From an uncultured delta proteobacterium (GTDB lineage Bacteria > Desulfobacterota > Binatia > UBA9968), in assembly GCA_963737905.1 (NCBI GenBank), contig CAVTUQ010000037.1, positions 128,001 to 192,000 on the forward strand: a DNA stretch of 64,000 nucleotides, read 5' to 3'. Below the pieces are notes generated by a model, which saw nothing but the letters and a program-made list of their open reading frames with translations, made no database searches and was not told where the DNA came from. The position numbers and the translations under genes were made by a program. This document shows, in pieces, positions 1 through 8,045 of the stretch; position 1 is the first letter of the stretch, and each line of letters starts with the position of its first letter.

Positions 1-100
1 GAGGGTCGAACATGGATGGCTTGTGCTCGGCCGCCTGGTGGTAAAGCGAGCAGGCCAGTTGTTGAACCTCTTGCTCTGTTGGATCTATTCCGGGAGTCAT
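1..100 (-). CDS. 5' end of a gene running off the window, possibly PutA-like (proline dehydrogenase) N-terminus
   Basis: Manual translation from ATG at 100: MTPGIDPTEQEVQQLACSLYHQAAEHKPSMFDP... It recalls the 'EKPSLF' N-terminus of deltaproteobacterial PutA, but only 33 codons are visible. Confidence 0.35.
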   Translation of the reverse strand, partial: MTPGIDPTEQEVQQLACSLYHQAAEHKPSMFDP

Positions 101-113
101 GATTGCTGCCTGA

Positions 114-166
114 CCCCGCCCTTCTTCGCCCTCTCGGCCCAGAACGGGAGAGGGAAGGGAGGAGGG
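114..166. repeat. REP-like palindrome (CCCTCTC...GAGAGGG type)
   Basis: ccctctc-ggcccagaacgg-gagaggg inverted repeat; a related element lies at ~56118-56157. Confidence 0.45.
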
Positions 167-303
167 ATATCATTGTCGATGTAGCAAAACGATTCAAATA
201 CGTTTGTATTGTTAAGATCTATCATAATACGATCACGGAAGACGATGAAGCCTATGAGAGACAATTTTGCCAAATCATTCAGAAAGCGGGGTGCAACATC
301 GGT

Positions 304-2007
304 ATGAACCAGCCAGTCGAGGGGCAAGGCGGCACACTTACCGGCGCTGAAGCCGTAGTCGAAATGCTGAAGGCGCACGACGTCGAGATCCTCTTCGGTC
401 TGTGCGGCGACACCAGCTTGCCGTTCTATGATGCGCTCGCGCGAATGTCACACGGCATGCGTCACGTGTTGACGCGCGACGAGCGCTCGGCAGCCTACAT
501 GGCGGACGGCTATGCGCGCGTCTCGGGCAAGGTCGGCGTCTGCGAAGGTCCCAGCGGCGGCGGCGCGACTTATATCCTTCCCGGCCTTGCGGAGGCGAAC
601 GAATCTTCGGTGCCGGTGCTATGCATCAACTCCGACATCTCCGTTGTGGCGCGAGGGCGTTACACTCTCACCGAACTCGATCAGGGCGCGCTCATGCGTC
701 CGGTAACAAAATGGAACGTAGTGCTCGACCGCGCAGAGGACATCCCGCGCGCTTTCCGCACCGCCTTCAATCAAATGACCACTGGCCGGCCAGGCGCAGC
801 CCACATCGCGCTGCCGTTCGATGTGCAAAACGGGTCGGTGGAGCGCTCCGACGTGTGGGGCGATGCGAGCCTCAGCCGCTACCCATCGCGGCGCGTGGCG
901 CCCGATCCGTATTTCGTCGAGCGAGCGGCGCAATTGCTAGGCAATGCGGCTCAGCCGGTCTTTATCTGTGGCGGCGGAGTCGTCATTGCCGGCGGGGAAG
1001 AGGAACTCCGCAAGCTTGCGGAGCGGCTCTCGGCGGCCGTCGCCACCACTATTAGCGGTAAGGGCTCGATCAGCGAGGAGCATTCGCTGTCGGTGGGCGT
1101 CGTGGGCTCCAACGGCGGGACGCCGGAAACACGTGGCATCGTCGATCAGGCGGACTTGGTCGTCTTTGTCGGCTGCCGCGCGGGCTCGGTGACCACTGAG
1201 CGCTGGCGCCATCCGCCGACTGGCAAAGTGAGGGTGATTCATCTGGACGTGGACCCGGCGGTGCTCGGCGCCAATTATCCAGTGGAGGTACCCCTGCTTG
1301 GCGATGCGAAGCTTGCCCTGGCGGCGCTAAACGAAGCGCTGGTAACATTGCAACGGCCGCTGGAGACCACGGCAGTGCAAAGGGCCAAGGAAGAGAAGTT
1401 TGCTAAATTCAATGTCCTCGCCTTGTCCGGGGACAAGCCGATCAAACCGGAGCGCGTTGTAGCTGAAATGGCCCGGGCACTCGATCCGGATGCCATTATA
1501 GTCGCGGATGCCGGCACCCCCTGTCCCTATTTCTCCGCTTATTACCAGATGCGCGGCACCGGGCGTCGCTTTTTCTCTAACCGCGCCCACGGCGCGCTCG
1601 GTTATTCCCTGTCGGCGTCTATCGGCGCTCATTTTGCGCGACCGCAGGTGAAGTGCGTAGCGGTGATGGGGGACGGCAGTTTTGGTTTCACCTGTGGCGA
1701 GCTCGAAACGGCGGTGCGTCACCGGCTCCCAATAACCTTCATCGTGATTTCCAACGGTACTTATGGCTGGATCAAGGCCGGGCAAAAGTCAGGGTACGGC
1801 CAGCGCTACTTCTCGGTGGACTTCGACACCACCGATCACGCCTCCGTGGCTGCCGCCTTCGGCGTGAAGAGTTGGCGCGTCACCGAGCCAAACAACCTTG
1901 GTAAGGTGCTCAAGGAAGCATTGGGGCAGGTTGGCCCGACCCTGGTGGATATCGTCTGCCAGCCGCTCCACGAAGCAAAAGCACCGGTCTCGGAATGGGT
2001 CGCGTGA
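304..2007 (+). CDS. Thiamine pyrophosphate-binding enzyme (acetolactate synthase large subunit-like)
   Basis: TGAEAVVEML, RDERSAAYMADGYAR and the TPP motif GDGSF...N. ATG 304 is preferred over the ORF-track start at 103. Confidence 0.85.
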   Translation: MNQPVEGQGGTLTGAEAVVEMLKAHDVEILFGLCGDTSLPFYDALARMSHGMRHVLTRDERSAAYMADGYARVSGKVGVCEGPSGGGATYILPGLAEANESSVPVLCINSDISVVARGRYTLTELDQGALMRPVTKWNVVLDRAEDIPRAFRTAFNQMTTGRPGAAHIALPFDVQNGSVERSDVWGDASLSRYPSRRVAPDPYFVERAAQLLGNAAQPVFICGGGVVIAGGEEELRKLAERLSAAVATTISGKGSISEEHSLSVGVVGSNGGTPETRGIVDQADLVVFVGCRAGSVTTERWRHPPTGKVRVIHLDVDPAVLGANYPVEVPLLGDAKLALAALNEALVTLQRPLETTAVQRAKEEKFAKFNVLALSGDKPIKPERVVAEMARALDPDAIIVADAGTPCPYFSAYYQMRGTGRRFFSNRAHGALGYSLSASIGAHFARPQVKCVAVMGDGSFGFTCGELETAVRHRLPITFIVISNGTYGWIKAGQKSGYGQRYFSVDFDTTDHASVAAAFGVKSWRVTEPNNLGKVLKEALGQVGPTLVDIVCQPLHEAKAPVSEWVA

Positions 2008-2013
2008 GAAATT

Positions 2014-2043
2014 GTAGGGGCCGGTTTTTAAACCCGCCCCTAC
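2014..2043. repeat. GTAG-type REP palindrome
   Basis: GTAGGGGCCGGTTTTTAAACCCGCCCCTAC, a near-perfect palindrome between convergent genes. Confidence 0.7.
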
Positions 2044-2085
2044 CTTGTGACCTTTGCGTTCTTTGCGGTCGGCTTAGGGCTGCTG

Positions 2086-2553
2086 CTAATTTTCCAGTCG
2101 GACTTTCGAACCCAGATTTTTACAGTCTTCGTCGGTTTTGAGACCCGCTCCATGAATGCCGTGAGCGGCCAACTCCTCATCACGCTCCTGTGTATCTCCG
2201 GTAACACCCACAGCACCGATGACTTCGCCGTCCTTGTCGCGGATTAACATGCCGCCGCCCTCCGGAAAAATTTGATCGTCCGAAGCCCGGATCAAATACT
2301 GCATAAACAGCGGCCGTTCTTCCGTTCGGACACGGACCAGTGACGAGGACCGGCCCAAGGCAAGCGCGGCATAAGCCTTGCCGTAGGCCATCTCGAAACG
2401 CATCATGGCCGACCCATCTTCCTTCTGAAACGCTTTCACCTTCGCCCCGGGCTCAACCACCACGACACTGAGTGGGCGACAGCCCAATTCACCGCCGCGA
2501 GCGAAAATAACCTCGATGATGCGATTCGATTGTTCCAGAGTAATCATGGTCAT
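2086..2553 (-). CDS. GlcG/HbpS-family heme-binding protein
   Basis: ITLEQS, AYGKAYAA, GGG.LI..DGEVIGAVGVTG motifs. Confidence 0.85.
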   Translation of the reverse strand: MTMITLEQSNRIIEVIFARGGELGCRPLSVVVVEPGAKVKAFQKEDGSAMMRFEMAYGKAYAALALGRSSSLVRVRTEERPLFMQYLIRASDDQIFPEGGGMLIRDKDGEVIGAVGVTGDTQERDEELAAHGIHGAGLKTDEDCKNLGSKVRLEN

Positions 2554-2636
2554 ATTTCCTTCCTAGGGAACGCGGCAGACTTTGAGGCACGCGACAGCGT
2601 GGTAAATAGCGCTAAATTGACTCGTATCTATCCACC

Positions 2637-3491
2637 TTAGCTAAACAACACCTTGGCTAGCTCGGAACGGTATTTCTCTGTCGCAGGGTGATCCGATCCC
2701 AAAACTTCAAAAATTTGGATCATCGCTTTGCGCGCTCCGTCATCCCGAAAGCTCCGGTCCGCTTTGATAATGATTAAAAATTCCGCGAGCGCTTCGTCGT
2801 ATTTTTCCTTGCCGGCTAACGCTTGAGCGAGGTCGAACCGAATCTCGAGATTGTTCGGGTCGCCCTTGAGCTTGGCGCGCAGCTCCGATTCGTCTTGCGC
2901 CGCTCCACCTTGAAGGTTTAACCGAGCGATGAGACGATCCGCTTCTTTTCGTTCTTCGGCCACAAGAGGTACCTTCTCCAGGAGATTCAACGCCGCTTGT
3001 TTCTCTTCCTCGTTGATCAACAGGCGGCCAAGACTGAGTAACGCCTTAGCATGGTTCGGTTCGGACTTTAGAATAGCTTGATACAACGCTTTCGCCTCGG
3101 CAACTTTTCCGTCTTTCTCAAGCTCGGCCGCCTCCAACGCCTGCTCGTCTGCGGCTGAAGGCAAAAACTGAGACAGGAACTCGCGCACCATCGGTTCGGG
3201 CAGAGCGCCCGTAAACTCCGATGCGACGCCACCCTCTCTAAAGAGCTTCACCGCCGGTATCCCCTGGATGCCGAACGCGGCGGCGACAGATGGATTGTCA
3301 TCCACGTTGATTTTGGCGAGGAGAAACTTGCCGCGGTACTCTTCTGCGAGTTTTTCGAGCACCGGACCTAAAACGCGGCAAGGGCCACACCAGGGCGCCC
3401 AGAAATCCACCAGCACCGGTATTTCCTGAGAGCGTTGCAAAACCGCCGTTTCAAAATCATTGTCACCGACTTCAACAGTCCACTGATTCAT
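2637..3491 (-). CDS. cnoX: Thioredoxin-TPR chaperedoxin (YbbN/CnoX family)
   Basis: WAPWCGPC thioredoxin domain, TPR helices and the C-terminal [10 protein letters not shown]. Confidence 0.85.
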   Translation of the reverse strand: MNQWTVEVGDNDFETAVLQRSQEIPVLVDFWAPWCGPCRVLGPVLEKLAEEYRGKFLLAKINVDDNPSVAAAFGIQGIPAVKLFREGGVASEFTGALPEPMVREFLSQFLPSAADEQALEAAELEKDGKVAEAKALYQAILKSEPNHAKALLSLGRLLINEEEKQAALNLLEKVPLVAEERKEADRLIARLNLQGGAAQDESELRAKLKGDPNNLEIRFDLAQALAGKEKYDEALAEFLIIIKADRSFRDDGARKAMIQIFEVLGSDHPATEKYRSELAKVLFS

Positions 3492-3597
3492 AGGTATCCG
3501 CCCCAAATACTCAACCGCAAAGCTGGCAAAGAGTTGTTCTATGAGTTCTTTGCGTTCTCTGCGGTTACATTTTCCTTTTTTCGCCCGTCGAAGGCTG

Positions 3598-4092
3598 CTA
3601 CTTCTTCACAAATGCCTCCGGATCGAAGACCTCCCCGTTGAGGGTGTACTGGCACTCCACCGGAGTTGGCTTGAGAATCGTCTGCATCACGTAGCAGCCG
3701 TTCTCCGCATTGCGCATAACTTTCGCGACCTTGTCCGCCGGCTCGCCGGAAGTAAGTTCGCAACGCGTCTCAAAGCCCAAGCCCTCTGCCTGTACCGTCT
3801 CGCGCAACACGGATCCTTCGCTTTTGAATCGCGCAGTGACAAAGACCTTCGCTTTGTCGATATGCGTTTTCAGCATTTCCCCGTACCGGGAAATCTGCGT
3901 GAGCAGTCAAAAAGCCAGCGAGAGACCGAAGTAAGCCAGCGGAGGCGGCGCTGAATTGTCGCCACCGATGCGCTCTCCTTCGTCGCAGTAAACGGTAAAG
4001 CCTCTTGCATGTCCTTCCTTTCGCATCCTCTCCATCGTCTCAGCGTCCGCTTCCAGAACGATTTCGCGCTTAACCTGAATATCTTCCGCCAT
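3598..4092 (-). CDS. OsmC-like protein, predicted selenoprotein (in-frame UGA at 3907-3909)
   Basis: ORFs 3907..4092 and 3598..3876 are in one frame, separated only by TGA: ...[34 protein letters not shown]...AENGCYV. The TGA falls at the first conserved OsmC Cys, and a hairpin follows it. Confidence 0.8.
3871..3897 (-). promoter_or_regulatory. Candidate bacterial SECIS hairpin
   Basis: Minus strand CAG-ATTTCCCG-GTA-CGGGGAAAT-GCTG. The stem starts ~10 nt after the UGA and has a G in a small apical loop. Confidence 0.6.
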
Positions 4093-4156
4093 GTTTTTCC
4101 TCCTTGTGAGCCTTACTTATCTACAAGATTCGCAAACTACAACACAGCTCAGTTGA

Positions 4157-5242
4157 TCAGAGCTTGCTCTCCATGGCAGAATCGCTCCCATATTCCTCCA
4201 TATAGAGATCAAGAAGAGCTGTAAGCAATGCTAGCAGGACCGGCCCTAAAATCAGTCCCAGCGCACCGAAGACCGCCAGTCCGCCGAGAATTCCGAAGAA
4301 CAGGAATAGCATGGGAAGTTTAAGCCGCGTGCCGATGAAGATAGGCTTCAACACATTATCCACGCCCCCGACCACAGCGAGAGCCCAGATCACCAACAGA
4401 ACACCTCTGACAATGTCACCCTGCAGAAAAAGGTAAATTGCTGCGGGTCCCGTAACTAGTGTTGATCCTCCCACGGGCAAAAGCGCGGCAAAAGCGGTAA
4501 CTACCCCCCAGACTACAGCGTATGGGACCCCCAGAGCCCAGTAGGCGAGGCCCGCGAGAAACCCTTGAATCATAGCAACGACCAAACAACCGTGAACCAC
4601 CGCCGTAACAGCGTTAGTAATATTTTGGAACAGTCTTTCTTGATGTTCGGGATCCATCGGCAGGAGCCGGCGCAGCCGATAACAGAAACTGGCTCCGTCG
4701 CGGAGAAAAAAAAATAAGGTGAAAAGCACGAGAAAAACATTGGCAACAAAGAGAAAGAAATTCTGTGCCACCCCTGTGACTTGAGATACGACGGCGCCAG
4801 AGGATACCTGGGCCCCTTGCAACACCAGCTTCTTCCAATCGATTTCGAACTTGAGCTCGGCAAGACTCATGCCGAGCATGTTCCACCAACGAAGCAGCTG
4901 CTGAATCCAAGGATTCTGCTTCCAAGTCTCAATGCCGTCCCCATTTACCAGAGCAGCCATGGATTTGACCAGGTCCGCTGCTTCCTCAGAAAGAAACCCG
5001 ACGATTTGGATACCTGGCAAAACGATAATAAGCGTGATTAATACGATGACAGTGAGGGCAGCTAAGGTGGCATTGCCCTTAAAAAGCCTTAACAACCCGG
5101 CATAGGCAGGATAGAACAAGACCGCGAGGATCGCCGCCCAGGTTAAAGCTTTCAAAAACGGGCTAAGAATCAGAAAGGCGCCGTAGAGAAGCACGAGTAA
5201 CAGGACAAAAAAGAAGCCCGTAACCAGCCAGTCTCGGTTCAC
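4157..5242 (-). CDS. AI-2E (PerM) family transporter
   Basis: Multi-TM protein with FFFLRDG, DNVLKP and GLILGP motifs. Confidence 0.88.
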   Translation of the reverse strand: MNRDWLVTGFFFVLLLVLLYGAFLILSPFLKALTWAAILAVLFYPAYAGLLRLFKGNATLAALTVIVLITLIIVLPGIQIVGFLSEEAADLVKSMAALVNGDGIETWKQNPWIQQLLRWWNMLGMSLAELKFEIDWKKLVLQGAQVSSGAVVSQVTGVAQNFFLFVANVFLVLFTLFFFLRDGASFCYRLRRLLPMDPEHQERLFQNITNAVTAVVHGCLVVAMIQGFLAGLAYWALGVPYAVVWGVVTAFAALLPVGGSTLVTGPAAIYLFLQGDIVRGVLLVIWALAVVGGVDNVLKPIFIGTRLKLPMLFLFFGILGGLAVFGALGLILGPVLLALLTALLDLYMEEYGSDSAMESKL

Positions 5243-5406
5243 GTCTCACCCTCTATGATCATTACTCAATGTACGCAGAAGGTGTTGCGGCTGCAAGAAC
5301 TCCGGCTCCGTTGGCAAATATGACTCGCGCAAAGGCGCAAAGGGCGCCACGGAGCTCAAGAACCCAGCCTAAGGCCATGCTCCCTTGTTTACTTTAGCGA
5401 AAGTAG

Positions 5407-5446
5407 TGCAGCAAATTTGATACGGAGGTGTAGCAAGATTGCTACG
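5407..5446. promoter_or_regulatory. Tandem palindromic activator sites (candidate bEBP enhancer/UAS)
   Basis: TGCAGCAAATTTGATACG (5407) and TGTAGCAAGATTGCTACG (5429), 22 bp apart. The second contains the inverted repeat GTAGCAA-GA-TTGCTAC. Confidence 0.6.
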
Positions 5447-5539
5447 CTTGGCCTTCTGTTTAGCCGCCAAGGCACTTCTTAAACTCGAAATTTCCTTACA
5501 AGATCAACACATTACTGAGCCGGCATTCCGTTTAACTAA

Positions 5540-5554
5540 TGGCATAACGCTTGC
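5540..5554 (+). promoter_or_regulatory. Sigma54 -24/-12 promoter
   Basis: TGGCATAACGCTTGC gives exact GG-N10-GC spacing. An IHF-like GATCAACACATTA at 5502-5514 lies between it and the UAS. Confidence 0.7.
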
Positions 5555-5874
5555 GCTAGGAGGCAATGGATAAGCGGGAAACCCAAATCGGCAATCGTTC
5601 AACCGCGGACCTCGTCCCGAGTTCAAATCGAGGAGATAACATTGACGTCTAAGATCGAAACCCTTTGAACCCTGGACAGCCTTCGACAGACAGCAGTATG
5701 GTGCCATATAAACTCTTAAGACAACCAACCTGATCGGCGGGGAAATAGCGCAGTCGGCGCATATCAGGCTGATAGAGTGATGCTGTGATGGTGAAGGGCG
5801 AGAAGTGAAGAGCGAAGCGCGAGAAGAACACCAAAAATTTGACTTTTCGTTTCTGGACTGGAGGGAATAAACCG

Positions 5875-6876
5875 ATGGTGAGCACATCGTGGATGAAAAA
5901 CATCATTAGGCTTGTGGGGGTTTTTTTGGGCCTGCTCGCGGGCGGCGCGGTTGGGAGCGCGCAGCAGCCGGTAAAAACCTGGAAGATCGGCGTGCTGGTG
6001 TCCAGCACACAAGCGTTGAACGCTGCGCGCGACGAAGGCTTGCGTCAGGGACTGCGCGACCTGGGCTACGAAGAGGGCAAGAACATTACCATGGAGTACC
6101 GTTATGCCGAAGGCAAGACGGACCGATTAGATAAACTCGCGCGCGAGTTAGTCGAGCAAAAAGTCGATGTCATCGTTGTGGGCGGCACCAGCGTGGCCGT
6201 TGCCGCCAAGAAAGCGACCAGCACCATTCCCATTGTCGTGGCCGGCGCCGGAGATCTGGTTGAGGCGGGACTCATTAAGAGTTTCATGTACCCCGGCGGC
6301 AATGTCACCGGCGTAGCGAGAATGTCCTCGGACTTTTTCGGCGCGCGACTGAAACTCATCAAGGAGATACTTCCCAAGACGGCTCAAGTAACCGCCCTTT
6401 CGAATCCAAAAAATCCCGGCCATGGCCGCAACCTCAAAGATGCAGAGCTCGGCGCTCGGGCTATGGGCCTCACGTTTCAATCAGTGACGGCTCAAAATGC
6501 CAACGAGTTGGACAGCGCGATTGCTGCTGCCGCCAAGGGCGGCGCGGGCGCTCTGTTCGTGATGACGGACGCCCTTTTCAACAGTCACCTGGCGCGGATT
6601 GCCCAAGCATCGATCAAAACCCAGCTCCCATCGGTTTACGACCGAACCGGATTTGTCGAGGCAGGCGGGTTGATAAGTTACGGAGTGAACCTGCCCGATT
6701 TATCTCGGCGCGCGGCTGAGTACGTCGACCAGATTTTCAAAGGCGCCAAGCCGGGGGATCTGACTCTGGTACAGCCGACGAAGTTCGATCTCGCGCTCAA
6801 TCTCAAGACAGCCAACCAGATCGGCATCACGATTCCGCCCGAGGTGCTCAACCGGGCAGTGAAGGTGATCAGATAA
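5875..6876 (+). CDS. Orphan ABC-type substrate-binding protein (PF04392-like) #1
   Basis: Signal peptide, then GLRDLGYEEGKN, PGGNVTG and NLKTANQIGITIPP; RBS GGAGG precedes ATG 5875. Confidence 0.88.
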   Translation: MVSTSWMKNIIRLVGVFLGLLAGGAVGSAQQPVKTWKIGVLVSSTQALNAARDEGLRQGLRDLGYEEGKNITMEYRYAEGKTDRLDKLARELVEQKVDVIVVGGTSVAVAAKKATSTIPIVVAGAGDLVEAGLIKSFMYPGGNVTGVARMSSDFFGARLKLIKEILPKTAQVTALSNPKNPGHGRNLKDAELGARAMGLTFQSVTAQNANELDSAIAAAAKGGAGALFVMTDALFNSHLARIAQASIKTQLPSVYDRTGFVEAGGLISYGVNLPDLSRRAAEYVDQIFKGAKPGDLTLVQPTKFDLALNLKTANQIGITIPPEVLNRAVKVIR

Positions 6877-6919
6877 TTTCGGATTGCGAATTTCGAATTT
6901 CGGATTGAGAAACAAAACG

Positions 6920-7942
6920 ATGGAACAAGTTCGGATCGCCTCAATGAACGTTACTTTAAAATCCGCGCTCCGCAATCTCAAATCCGCAATTCTTCTAGCC
7001 GCTATGCTCCTAGCGCTTTGCCCGTCCGCTAAAGCGCAACAGCAGAAGCTTTACCGCATCGGGGTTCTTTTTCCAGGTGGACCATTGTCTGAGACTGTTG
7101 ATGGGCTTCGGAAAGGGTTAAAGGAACTGGGATTCGAAGAAGGCAAAGAATTCACTCTAACAATCCGAGATACCAAGGGCGATGCAAAGGCTGCGGCTGA
7201 TGCTGCCAGGACCTTCGAGCAGGAGAAAGTCAACTTAATATACGCCATCGCCAGTTCTGTCATCGTTGCGGCCAAGGAAGCAACGCAGAACGTCCCCATC
7301 GTTTTCTCCATCGGCACCGATCCGGTAGCCATGGGATTAGTAAACGACTTTTCGAAACCGGGAGGACGGCTCACCGGTGTTCACTACCTCGTCAGAGATC
7401 TTACGGCGAAGCGCCTTGAGATCCTGAAAGAGATCGTTCCAAAGGTCAGTCGGGTGATGACATTTTATGACCCAAGCAGCGGTATTGGCGTCGAGGGGGC
7501 AAAGTTGGCGCAGGAAGAGGCCAAGCGGTTAGGACTCAAGTTTATTGAACGCCACGTCAGTTCCGCCGAGGAACTTCGCAAAGGGCTGCAGGACCTCAAA
7601 GCCGGTGAGGCGGACGCCTTTTTTTACATCCCGGACCCGATAGTGGTGGGTCAGGCGCAATTAATCATCGACACGGCAAAAGCTAAGAAGCTGCCGAGTA
7701 TGTTTCAAGACGAAAGTCTGGTCGTCAAAGGGGCTCTAGCCAGTTATGGCCAGAGCTACCATGGGATCGGCCGGCTTTCTGCAAAATACGTGCAGAAAGT
7801 TCTAAGCGGGACCCATCCCAAGGATCTCAAGATTGAGACGGTCGACAACGTGGAGCTGGTCATCAATCTCAAAACCGCAAAGGAGCTGGGGTTGGCGATC
7901 CCGCCCAACGTGCTCACGCGGGCACAAAAAGTGATCAGATAG
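6920..7942 (+). CDS. Orphan ABC-type substrate-binding protein (PF04392-like) #2
   Basis: GLKELGFEEG, DPVAMGLV..PGGRLTG, INLKTAKELGLAIPP. The start codon is uncertain. Confidence 0.87.
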   Translation: MEQVRIASMNVTLKSALRNLKSAILLAAMLLALCPSAKAQQQKLYRIGVLFPGGPLSETVDGLRKGLKELGFEEGKEFTLTIRDTKGDAKAAADAARTFEQEKVNLIYAIASSVIVAAKEATQNVPIVFSIGTDPVAMGLVNDFSKPGGRLTGVHYLVRDLTAKRLEILKEIVPKVSRVMTFYDPSSGIGVEGAKLAQEEAKRLGLKFIERHVSSAEELRKGLQDLKAGEADAFFYIPDPIVVGQAQLIIDTAKAKKLPSMFQDESLVVKGALASYGQSYHGIGRLSAKYVQKVLSGTHPKDLKIETVDNVELVINLKTAKELGLAIPPNVLTRAQKVIR

Positions 7943-8045
7943 CCGGGCGAAACGCGTGGCGTGAGAAAGTGGGTAGACGGGAATGTCTTTTTGCGTTTTC
8001 TGGTTTCTATGGGTTAAGAGAGCCTAGCGCAAAATCTGAAATAGA

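Noticed and set aside
304-2007. TPP enzyme as glyoxylate carboligase (gcl) completing a glycolate pathway
   Set aside because: Only generic ALS-like motifs are visible, and it is 40 kb from the glc genes, so no specific assignment is possible.
5566-5652. 28-aa ORF (MDKRETQIGN...) after GGAGG
   Set aside because: Its SD would lie upstream of the predicted sigma54 start site, and it has no recognisable features.
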